NCBI GenBank assembly: GCA_016187415.1
Contig: JACPJT010000007.1
Span: 1,289-65,288, forward strand
Length of the DNA stretch: 64,000 bases
Reading direction: 5' to 3'
From: Candidatus Aenigmatarchaeota archaeon
GTDB taxonomy: Archaea; Aenigmatarchaeota; Aenigmatarchaeia; CG10238-14; SCSR01
The notes under the pieces are model-generated. The model was not told where the DNA came from, made no database searches, and saw nothing but the letters and a program-made list of their open reading frames with translations. Both the position numbers and the translations under genes were made by a program. Shown here in pieces: positions 56,350 through 64,000 of the stretch; the stretch's first letter is position 1, and each line of letters begins with the position of its first letter.

Positions 56350-57531
56350 ATGAAATTCTCAATAATCTCCTACAATTTTATAGGCGGAAGCACAGGATAC
56401 TACCACTTTGGAAAAGACATTCTGATTGGTGGTGGTGAAGTATACTTATACTATCTTGTGAAATTCTTGTCGAAGGAAGGCCATGATGTACATATCATAC
56501 AAACAGATTCAAAAGAAATCTCAACAAATCTGGACAATGTTACAATTCACGGCGTGAAAATGCCATTTAATCTGAGTGGCGATAAAGGCTTGATAAACCG
56601 TTACGTGTTTTTCAATTTATTGTGGAAAAAAGCAGATGCTTGGAAGAATTCAGATAGAATACATTTTCATGATTATTTGAATGCATTTCCGCATGGCGAT
56701 AATAGGATGACAGGAATGTCAATGGCGATCAACTGGGATGATCCACGATATGCTGTATTAGATTCTCTCGGATTGAAAATGAGATTTTATAGAGATTATG
56801 TCAGATTTCTGGCAAAATACGCCATCAAGAACCTGAAGAAAGTAGTTTCTATTGACAGGTTTTTCTTCAGATTTGTCCAGTCTGAGATGCCGGAGTACAG
56901 AGACAAAATAGAAGTCATATTGAATTTTGTTGATACAGATTTGTTCAACTCTAGAAACAATGGGCGTAGTCTAAGGAGCCAGTACGGTAATGACAGAACA
57001 GTGATTTTGTTCCCAAGAAATTTCGGTTTGGGAAGAGGGGGTTTAGAACTAATAAAAGCTGTTTCAATTCTGGTTAAGAAGTACCCCGACGTTTTACTCC
57101 TTATGACTGGTGAAGGTCCTGAAAAGCCACTGGCAGAGAAGATTGTGAAAGAAAACAGACTGGCCAACAATGTAAAATTCATTGGTCATGTCGATCATTT
57201 CAAGGATATGCCAAAACTTTTTGCCGCCGCTGATATAGTGGTTGTCCCGACGCTTTCGTCCGAAGCTACTTCATTGGCTTGTTTGGAAGCAATGGCAACA
57301 AAGAAACCAGTTGTGGTCACGAATGTGGGAGGTCTACCAGATATTGTTACAGATGGATTCAATGGATTGGTTGCGAAGCCACATTCAAAATATCTAGCTG
57401 AAAAATTAGAATCGTATATTCTTGATAAAAAACTACGGCAAACACTTGCAAACACCGGTTACAAATGGGTTAAGAAATACCATAATTACAAGTTATGGTG
57501 CAACCAGTACAAACAATTTTTTGATATCTAA
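56350..57531 (+). CDS. glycosyltransferase family 4 (GT-B)
   Basis: 393 aa, EATSLACLEAMATKKPVVVTNVGGLPDIV. Confidence 0.85.
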   Translation: MKFSIISYNFIGGSTGYYHFGKDILIGGGEVYLYYLVKFLSKEGHDVHIIQTDSKEISTNLDNVTIHGVKMPFNLSGDKGLINRYVFFNLLWKKADAWKNSDRIHFHDYLNAFPHGDNRMTGMSMAINWDDPRYAVLDSLGLKMRFYRDYVRFLAKYAIKNLKKVVSIDRFFFRFVQSEMPEYRDKIEVILNFVDTDLFNSRNNGRSLRSQYGNDRTVILFPRNFGLGRGGLELIKAVSILVKKYPDVLLLMTGEGPEKPLAEKIVKENRLANNVKFIGHVDHFKDMPKLFAAADIVVVPTLSSEATSLACLEAMATKKPVVVTNVGGLPDIVTDGFNGLVAKPHSKYLAEKLESYILDKKLRQTLANTGYKWVKKYHNYKLWCNQYKQFFDI

Positions 57532-57532
57532 T

Positions 57533-58102
57533 TTATTCTTCAAAACGTTTTTTAATTACTTTAGCAGGCACACCTACAGCTATACTATGCGGTGGCACAT
57601 CCTTAGTCACTACAGCTCCAGCACCTATGACAGAACCCCTTCCTATCTTCACACCTTTAAGGATTTTAACCCCCATCCCAATCCATACATCGTCTTCTAT
57701 TATAATTGGTGCGTACGTGTGTCCGGCTTTCCATATAGGCTGAGTTTTGTCCGTAAATATGTGGTCGTTGGTGACCATCAAAGTGCTGTTGGCTATCATT
57801 ACATCATTCCCAATTTGGATATAACCGTCATCATGATCACTTGCGAAAAGTACACAAAATTCGTTTATATCAACATTCCTACCTATGGAAATTTTATTCG
57901 GATGAAACATGAAAACCGCCGGTTTTATCACAACACTTCTTCCAATATTTTTTAAAAGTGTAGAGTAAAAGAAATATCGAAACACCCATCCCAGTTGAGT
58001 ATCCATATATCTTGTTAAATGAACGCCAAACCAAGCCACGAATCGCGGTATTATTTTAGCAATCCCCCTTAGAATGTCTTGTGCTGTATCTTTGAAAGTC
58101 AT
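57533..58102 (-). CDS. hexapeptide-repeat (left-handed beta-helix) sugar O/N-acetyltransferase
   Basis: 189 aa, LbH repeats (IGRGSVIGAGAVVTKDVPPHSIAVGVPAKVI). Confidence 0.8.
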   Translation of the reverse strand: MTFKDTAQDILRGIAKIIPRFVAWFGVHLTRYMDTQLGWVFRYFFYSTLLKNIGRSVVIKPAVFMFHPNKISIGRNVDINEFCVLFASDHDDGYIQIGNDVMIANSTLMVTNDHIFTDKTQPIWKAGHTYAPIIIEDDVWIGMGVKILKGVKIGRGSVIGAGAVVTKDVPPHSIAVGVPAKVIKKRFEE

Positions 58103-58109
58103 CTTAACA

Positions 58110-59219
58110 CTACAATTTTCTTAATATAATATTCTTTATAAAAGTTATCTTGAGCAGGTTTATCGCTATCCTTTTTGCAGAATCGTAAATGAAACTGTAC
58201 AGTTTAAATAACGAATAATATAAACCACTTGAATAAATTGTAACGCTATAGTTTTCATATACATCGCACCCCCAATCAAGCTTGTAAGGTGAATCACCTC
58301 TCCCGAAATCGAAGTATTTCAGACCCATTTTAATGGCTTCTTCTATAGCATGCGATATCAAAATTCTTCCTACGGAATATTTTTTATATTCAGGCAACAA
58401 TCCTATGTTCAAAAAATAACGTGTATCATCCAAATCAATATACATCAACGATGCAACTACATTATCATCTAATTTCAAATTGAATAAACCCGCGTTTTTC
58501 CCGAATGCCGATAGCATGTCGGTGTAGTATTTCTGGAAGTTTTCAAATTCCAATAAGCTTAGGTCGTTTTTACTTTCCATTGACGATTTGTGCAACTTGA
58601 AGAAAAGTTTTATATCTTCAGAATTATCTGATTTGTAAAAAACTATTTTAAAACCGTCCCCCAACTTTTTATAATAATATTTTAAATTCTTCCTGAATTT
58701 ACTGCCTAATGTGGATAAAAAGTCTTCCCATTTATTTTTCAGAATTAATTTATACAAATGTTCTTTACTCACAGTTTTTTTTGAGCTCATATTCATAGAC
58801 GACGACATAATTTTTAAATGTCCTGAGAATTCTTTCCCCACATTGTCTAATAAGACAATGGAACGTCCTTTAACGATGTATCTAAAAACATTTCCTAGAA
58901 ATCTTTCCATCGTATTTTCATCCAAATCCCCAACAGGCTCCAGATCAAATCCAAAATTATAGCATATAAGATGATATAATCTATTTAATCCGAAGTCAGA
59001 ATATCTGAAAGGTAAAATAGATTTAATCACACCCTCATCCGTTTTCAAAACAAATATCAATATATTTTTCCCCACCACATTCTTGACATAAGATTTCACA
59101 GATTGAAAACTCAGATAAAGCGAGGCGTTTTTTTGAAGTTTTTCCCACTCGTTTCCCAAGTCATCCAAACTTTCATACTTACAGATTGTAAATGAGTCAT
59201 CCTCAAAGATAGTTTCCAT
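58110..59219 (-). CDS. GNAT-fold FemAB/CelD-like acyl- or aminoacyl-transferase
   Basis: 369 aa. C-terminal half resembles the acetyltransf_6/FemAB lobe. Weak. Confidence 0.45.
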   Translation of the reverse strand: METIFEDDSFTICKYESLDDLGNEWEKLQKNASLYLSFQSVKSYVKNVVGKNILIFVLKTDEGVIKSILPFRYSDFGLNRLYHLICYNFGFDLEPVGDLDENTMERFLGNVFRYIVKGRSIVLLDNVGKEFSGHLKIMSSSMNMSSKKTVSKEHLYKLILKNKWEDFLSTLGSKFRKNLKYYYKKLGDGFKIVFYKSDNSEDIKLFFKLHKSSMESKNDLSLLEFENFQKYYTDMLSAFGKNAGLFNLKLDDNVVASLMYIDLDDTRYFLNIGLLPEYKKYSVGRILISHAIEEAIKMGLKYFDFGRGDSPYKLDWGCDVYENYSVTIYSSGLYYSLFKLYSFIYDSAKRIAINLLKITFIKNIILRKL

Positions 59220-59221
59220 TA

Positions 59222-60361
59222 CTATACCACCATTTTGTAAATCTTTCTGAAATTTTCAGCTATGTATTCTATATCGTCAGTTTTCATGTAAGTAGGGTCG
59301 ATTTTGATTTGTAGTATGTCAGAAAATATTCTTTTAGAATTTTGTAAATTTTTATTATTTGACTGAACACCCAAATGATAAGGCCATGGTAAGCTAGCGA
59401 ATATACCTTTATTTTCCAGTAATGATTTTATTCTGTCCCTATTTTTCACAAGTAAATTAACAGAAAAGAAATTAGAGTTGCCTTTTGATACCAAGATTTT
59501 TATTTTCTTCAAGTCTTTTATTTTTTCCACGAAAAGCTCCCACAAAATTTTACTCTTACTTTTTAGTTTTTCCATTTTTGTGAATTGTTTATATGCAAAC
59601 TTTTTGGATATAGTGGGCATTGCATAATTTAGGCCGTTTATATCGCTCTGGAAAACGGCCCCTGTATTTCGGTTCTCGCCGAATAATGATATTTTAATTT
59701 TTCTCAGAATTTTATAAAAACATCTATTGCTTATTACTTTCCAAGTTGCATATTCAAAAAACAGACACATTTCTGTAAACAAATCAGGTCTTGTAAGATT
59801 TACACTCCTTACAAAGTTATCATACTTTTTATTGTTCACTACTACAGCTCCACCGCCACTAGTAGAAAATTCCTTGCCTTTCCCGAAACTATACAGAGTA
59901 AAATCTGCATATCTCGACGGTTGCATAAAGTAGGACGCATTATCTTCTATGATTATAGCGCCGTTTTTTAGAAGTTCTTCAGAAGGTTCCGACTTCAAAT
60001 CAAAGTAATTGACCCACAGTATCGCATCGTTTTTGTCAGCTACAATATGTTTGGAATCAATTCCCAATGTCTCTAAATTATTATCGACAAAGACCAGTTG
60101 TAGCCCGGTTTTTTTGATGGCGTGGACAGCTTCCTTGCAGATGTAGCTTGGAATCAGGATTCTTTTAATCCCGTAGTTGCTTTTCAGGTAAATTAACAAG
60201 TGGTACAACCCAGTTCTTGCCATGTACGTGTACAATACCTTTTTCCATTTCACCCACTGGTTAAAAGCAGCTTCAAACTTACTAGGGGAAACTGAAAGAA
60301 GACTCAAAAAATCCCATACGGTGTGAAAACACCTTAAAGGTGGGTAAACATGCAAATCCAT
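59222..60361 (-). CDS. DegT/DnrJ/EryC1/StrS family PLP-dependent sugar aminotransferase-like
   Basis: 379 aa, YSFGKGKEFSTSGGG lysine region. Confidence 0.65.
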   Translation of the reverse strand: MDLHVYPPLRCFHTVWDFLSLLSVSPSKFEAAFNQWVKWKKVLYTYMARTGLYHLLIYLKSNYGIKRILIPSYICKEAVHAIKKTGLQLVFVDNNLETLGIDSKHIVADKNDAILWVNYFDLKSEPSEELLKNGAIIIEDNASYFMQPSRYADFTLYSFGKGKEFSTSGGGAVVVNNKKYDNFVRSVNLTRPDLFTEMCLFFEYATWKVISNRCFYKILRKIKISLFGENRNTGAVFQSDINGLNYAMPTISKKFAYKQFTKMEKLKSKSKILWELFVEKIKDLKKIKILVSKGNSNFFSVNLLVKNRDRIKSLLENKGIFASLPWPYHLGVQSNNKNLQNSKRIFSDILQIKIDPTYMKTDDIEYIAENFRKIYKMVV

Positions 60362-60413
60362 AAAACTAATAAAACTGACAAATTTATAAGCTATTTAAAG
60401 CTTTTTCACACTC

Positions 60414-61514
60414 TTGAAATATATGATATCCACAATAATCGGTACAAGACCTGAAATTATCAAGATGTCTAGGTTGATTCCACTTCTAGATAAGAATTTT
60501 GACCACAGGTTCGTTTTCTCAGGCCAACACTATTCAAAGGAAATGGTAGACATATTCTTTGAACAACTGAAAGTAAGGCAACCCAATCATGTTCTAACAC
60601 CAGGCAAACTAGAACACAAGCCAATGGCGAGTTCTGATTACACTTATCTTCTGCCAGCTATCTCTAATGAAATTAGAGAAAACAACCCCGATTATGTCAT
60701 TGTTTACGGTGATACAAATTCCACTCTGGCAGCTGCATTAGCAGCACAAAAATTCGGTAAAAAAATTATCCATATAGAAGCCGGATTAAGAAGTTTTGAC
60801 GAAAGAATGTCAGAAGAGCTTGTAAGAATATTGGTAGATCACATGAGCGAGTTGTTATTTGTACCTACAGATTTGGAATCGATGTTTTTGGAAAAAGAGG
60901 GGATTAAGAACAACAAATTTGTAGTTGGAAATACTGTAGTCGATGCGTGCCTGTATTACTCGGATATAGCTGACAAGGAAAGTAGAATTCTAGAGAACAT
61001 TGGTTTGCAGAAAGACGAATATGCATTTGCAACAATACACCGAGCAGAGAATGTTGATTCGCCTGAAAAATTAATCAAAATTTTGCGTGCGCTTGCCACA
61101 TTGGACAAGCAAGTTGTTATACCAATGCATCCAAGGCATAAAAAACGGCTTAACGAATTCGGGTACAATGTACCGTCTAATATCAAAACCATAGAACCGT
61201 TGGGTTACATTGATGCACTGAAAATTATGAAAAATGCCGCTTATGTCCTTACGGATTCAGGCGGTGTGCAGGAAGAAGCCATAACACTTAAAGTGCCATG
61301 CATAACATTGAGAGAAACAACAGAAAGATGGGAAACAGTGTCTGCGGGTGCGAATTTCCTTACAGGGATTGATCCAAGATTGATTAACTACAAGGCAAAG
61401 ATGATTCTAGGCACCGATGTTAAGACAAAAATCCAAAATATACCTAATCCGTATGGCGACGGCAAAACAAGCGAAAGAATTACAAACATACTTTTGGATA
61501 AGCTTAAAAAATGA
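60414..61514 (+). CDS. wecB: UDP-N-acetylglucosamine 2-epimerase (non-hydrolysing)
   Basis: 366 aa, WecB pattern (IIGTRPEIIKMSRLI ... GDTNSTLA ... HIEAGLRS ... DSGGVQEEA). Confidence 0.9.
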   Translation: MKYMISTIIGTRPEIIKMSRLIPLLDKNFDHRFVFSGQHYSKEMVDIFFEQLKVRQPNHVLTPGKLEHKPMASSDYTYLLPAISNEIRENNPDYVIVYGDTNSTLAAALAAQKFGKKIIHIEAGLRSFDERMSEELVRILVDHMSELLFVPTDLESMFLEKEGIKNNKFVVGNTVVDACLYYSDIADKESRILENIGLQKDEYAFATIHRAENVDSPEKLIKILRALATLDKQVVIPMHPRHKKRLNEFGYNVPSNIKTIEPLGYIDALKIMKNAAYVLTDSGGVQEEAITLKVPCITLRETTERWETVSAGANFLTGIDPRLINYKAKMILGTDVKTKIQNIPNPYGDGKTSERITNILLDKLKK

Positions 61515-61532
61515 CAAGCTGATAGAAAATAC

Positions 61533-62675
61533 ATGCGCATACTAATAATTTCCGATTTAGCGCCACCGGTAGTCATGGGTGGTATAGAGAACTATATCAT
61601 AAATCTGTCGAAAGGCCTCATCAAGAAGGGCAATGAGATTCATTGGCTTACATCAAAACTGCCAAATACAAAATCCGAAGAAGATTATGAAGGAATAAAG
61701 ATTCATAGAGTTTACATTCCCTTCTCTCGAAGCTACATGTTTCCTGGTCGACAAATGTTCTTTTTAACGTCCTTAATCAAGGGTGTTGAACTTGCAAAAA
61801 AAGTGGACATCGTTCTCGTTAATACACTTGTGCCGGGATTTATCGGCTGGTTGATAGCAAAACTTGCCGGTAAACCGTCTGTATTGTTTTGCCATGAGTT
61901 TTACGGTGGTTTGTGGCGTTCTTTAGGTCAAAATCTTTTTGAAAAAATATCGTACCCAGCCTTCGAAAAGTTTACAGCCATGGGACTATACGATGCATTT
62001 CTGTGTCCGTCAGAATATTCCAAGAAAACGCTTATGAAATATGGCGTAAAAGAAAATAAAATTCAAGTAATTCCACATGGAACAGAGTTCTCTGAAACAG
62101 CAGGAAAAATCGATTACAGAAAAGAATTCAAACTCGAAAACTATTTTCTAATAGGTTATATAGGAAGGTTGGGTCAGAAAGGTACAGGGCAGGCCAAAAA
62201 TATCAAAGGTTTACTTGAAGCCGTGAAATATGTGATAGAAAAACTACCAAATTCCAAACTTTTTTTGGCAGGTACGAAATTCGATGAGCTGGAACCTTAT
62301 ATAGAAGAATTAGGTCTCGTTGAAAACGTAGTTTACGCAGGCAAAATCCCCGACGAAGAAAAATACAACTTTTTAACTGCGTGTGATGTAGTGGTGTGCC
62401 CAGCCATCTCAGATGGATTTTGTTTTCTGTTGGCAGAAGCAATTGCCGCCGGTGTCAAAGTTGTCGGCACAAATTGTGGATCACACCCAGAAAGAATTGA
62501 AAATTATGCAGACGGAATCTTGACACAACCCGATTCAAGGTCCCTAGCAGATGGTATAGTAAAAGTTCTTGGAAACAAAACAAAATCTCACATTAAAGTT
62601 AATAGAAAACCCCAAACATGGTCAGATTCTGTGAATAAGCATCTTGAACTGTTTGAAAAGTTAGTTAAGGCTTGA
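61533..62675 (+). CDS. glycosyltransferase family 4 (GT-B)
   Basis: 380 aa, GGIENYIINL N-terminus and C-terminal EAIAAGVKVVGTNCGS. Confidence 0.8.
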   Translation: MRILIISDLAPPVVMGGIENYIINLSKGLIKKGNEIHWLTSKLPNTKSEEDYEGIKIHRVYIPFSRSYMFPGRQMFFLTSLIKGVELAKKVDIVLVNTLVPGFIGWLIAKLAGKPSVLFCHEFYGGLWRSLGQNLFEKISYPAFEKFTAMGLYDAFLCPSEYSKKTLMKYGVKENKIQVIPHGTEFSETAGKIDYRKEFKLENYFLIGYIGRLGQKGTGQAKNIKGLLEAVKYVIEKLPNSKLFLAGTKFDELEPYIEELGLVENVVYAGKIPDEEKYNFLTACDVVVCPAISDGFCFLLAEAIAAGVKVVGTNCGSHPERIENYADGILTQPDSRSLADGIVKVLGNKTKSHIKVNRKPQTWSDSVNKHLELFEKLVKA

Positions 62676-63792
62676 AACCTTTTACGACATCAACTATTTT
62701 ATCCAAATCTTCTTTAGTCATTCCTGGATATACGGGTAATGTGATTATTTCTTTCCATATGCGGTCAGTTATAGGCACATTAGCAGGTTTCATCTCTCCC
62801 CTCTTTATCATATTTGCAAAAAGCGGCTGCAAATGAAGCGGCAGATAATGTACACCGGCCGATACACCGTTTTTAGACATGTGTTCTACGAGTCCGTCTC
62901 TATTTTTCACTTTAGGCACGAACATATGCCACGAACTTTTAACATAAGATTTTTCTACAGGCAGTTTCATCCAATCCAAGCCCGCGAATTCTTTCATGTA
63001 TCTCTGGGAAATCTTCTTTCTGAGTTCATTTGCCTTATCAAGCTTTTTCAACTGAGCCAATCCGATAGCGGCCGTTATGTCATTCATATGATATTTGTAA
63101 CCCAAACCATCTATCTCGTAGTACCACGAATACGATTTGACTTCGGCTCTCTCAAATGTTGATTTGTTGATGCAAAACCATCGCATTTTTTTAACAGCGT
63201 TATAAATCTTCTCATCGTTGGTAGTTACCATCCCGCCGTCGCCCGTAGCCAAGTTCTTAACAGGATGAAAACTGAAGCACGTAATGTCGGCAATCGAACC
63301 TATTTTCTTTCCTTTATATTCGGATCCTGAAGCATGCGCAGCATCTTCTATTACTGGCAGTCCTTTAGATTTGGCAAACGCAAGTATCTCATCCATATCA
63401 CATGGATGACCGCCGTAGTGAACTGGTATAACAGTCTTGATATTTTTGTTGAATTTTCTCTTAATGTCATCAAGACTTATGCAATTTGTGCCAGTATCAA
63501 CATCAACAAACACAGGTTTCGCATTGCTGTATAGCGCAACAATCGCAGTAGACGCAAATGTAAGCGACGGTACAAGTATTTCACCGGAATTTATGCCCAG
63601 AGCTTTCACCGCCAGATCAAGCGCGGCAGTACCCGAATTTACAGCCACCGCATAATCAGAGCCGACATATTTCGCGAATTTTTCTTCAAATTCCTGGGTT
63701 TTCGGACCCATCCCAAGCCAGCCAGAATTGATAACTTTGGCTACAGCGTCGATTTCTTCCTTTCCCACCCATGGTCTGAATAGAGGTATCAT
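62665..63792 (-). CDS. DegT/DnrJ/EryC1/StrS PLP-dependent sugar aminotransferase
   Basis: 375 aa, FSFHPVKNLATGDGG with catalytic Lys. Confidence 0.9.
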   Translation of the reverse strand: MIPLFRPWVGKEEIDAVAKVINSGWLGMGPKTQEFEEKFAKYVGSDYAVAVNSGTAALDLAVKALGINSGEILVPSLTFASTAIVALYSNAKPVFVDVDTGTNCISLDDIKRKFNKNIKTVIPVHYGGHPCDMDEILAFAKSKGLPVIEDAAHASGSEYKGKKIGSIADITCFSFHPVKNLATGDGGMVTTNDEKIYNAVKKMRWFCINKSTFERAEVKSYSWYYEIDGLGYKYHMNDITAAIGLAQLKKLDKANELRKKISQRYMKEFAGLDWMKLPVEKSYVKSSWHMFVPKVKNRDGLVEHMSKNGVSAGVHYLPLHLQPLFANMIKRGEMKPANVPITDRIWKEIITLPVYPGMTKEDLDKIVDVVKGFKP

Positions 63793-63859
63793 TGGGTCAC
63801 CAATTAACTTTAATAAATTAACTCTTATATCTTAAGTGTAAATTTAAGTGGTTTTCGAC

Positions 63860-64000
63860 ATGAAAGGATTGATTTTAGCAGGCGGGCACGGTACCAGGTT
63901 ACGACCTATAACACATACAAGCAACAAGCACTTGATTCCTCTGGCAAACAAACCAATGCTCTATTATGCGATAGAAACTTTGAGAAATGCCGGCATTAAA
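63860..64000 (+). CDS. rmlA: glucose-1-phosphate thymidylyltransferase (RmlA), N-terminal fragment at window edge
   Basis: MKGLILAGGHGTRLRPITHTSNKHLIPLANKPMLYYAIE is the RmlA signature. Confidence 0.85.
   Translation, partial: MKGLILAGGHGTRLRPITHTSNKHLIPLANKPMLYYAIETLRNAGIK

Noticed and set aside
38877-64000. Large sugar gene cluster considered as a horizontally acquired island or novel system
   Set aside because: Composition matches the host. The content (Rml enzymes, SDRs, DegT, GTs, flippase, Alg13/14, WecB) is a conventional archaeal surface/N-glycan biosynthesis locus. Only specific sub-features (ColD-like His enzyme, FemAB/ATP-grasp) were flagged.
1-64000. Search for transposases, integrases, Cas genes, restriction-modification or toxin-antitoxin pairs
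   Set aside because: No ORF carried DDE, tyrosine-recombinase (R..HxxR..Y), Cas1/Cas2, MTase or REase signatures. Apart from the Fic protein, no defence or mobile-element hallmark genes were seen.

Overview
This is an AT-rich (~35% GC) archaeal chromosomal segment, probably from a small-genome DPANN-like lineage. Genes are compact and often overlap, tRNAs carry introns, GTG starts are used and the r-proteins are archaeal-type.

Annotated content, in order along the window:
- 318-4967: a Fic-domain gene, the L7Ae-S28e-L24e r-protein operon, an intron-containing tRNA-Ala, ftsZ-secE-spt5 and an FKBP PPIase.
- 6137-12258: an intron-containing tRNA-Leu(UAA), a frameshifted rpoD, an rps13-rps4-rps11 operon interrupted by two foreign-looking ORFs, and an rpl1-rpl10-rpl12 operon without rpl11.
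- 12262-14720: a nucleoside-salvage-like trio of an NDT/SLOG-like gene, a DHH phosphoesterase and a PfkB kinase.
- 15339-19674: a tight five-gene operon on the minus strand with unknown function. It contains a second NDT/SLOG-like paralog and a wHTH fusion, and its distal gene is GC-elevated.
- 19788-33981: three paralogous small zinc-ribbon ORFs around an Lrp regulator, box C/D RNP genes (nop5, fibrillarin), nnr, htpX, trmI, tRNA-Pro, a Hel308 helicase with a tandem duplication inside its Walker A motif, kae1, ligT, CBS proteins and hjc.
- 34445-38853: a replication module made of an AT-rich intergenic region, a wHTH gene, a degenerate DP1/B-subunit-like gene translationally coupled to a full family-B DNA polymerase with a C-terminal C4 zinc finger.
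- 38877-64000: a ~25 kb surface-glycan biosynthesis cluster with RmlABC, 4,6-dehydratases/epimerases, three DegT aminotransferases (one ColD-like with His replacing Lys), GT2/GT4 glycosyltransferases, an Alg13/Alg14 split transferase, a Wzx flippase, WecB, ATP-grasp and FemAB-like acyl/aminoacyl transferases.

No CRISPR array, transposase or integrase was seen. All protein family assignments come from motif and pattern recognition in the translated ORFs and have not been checked by database search.
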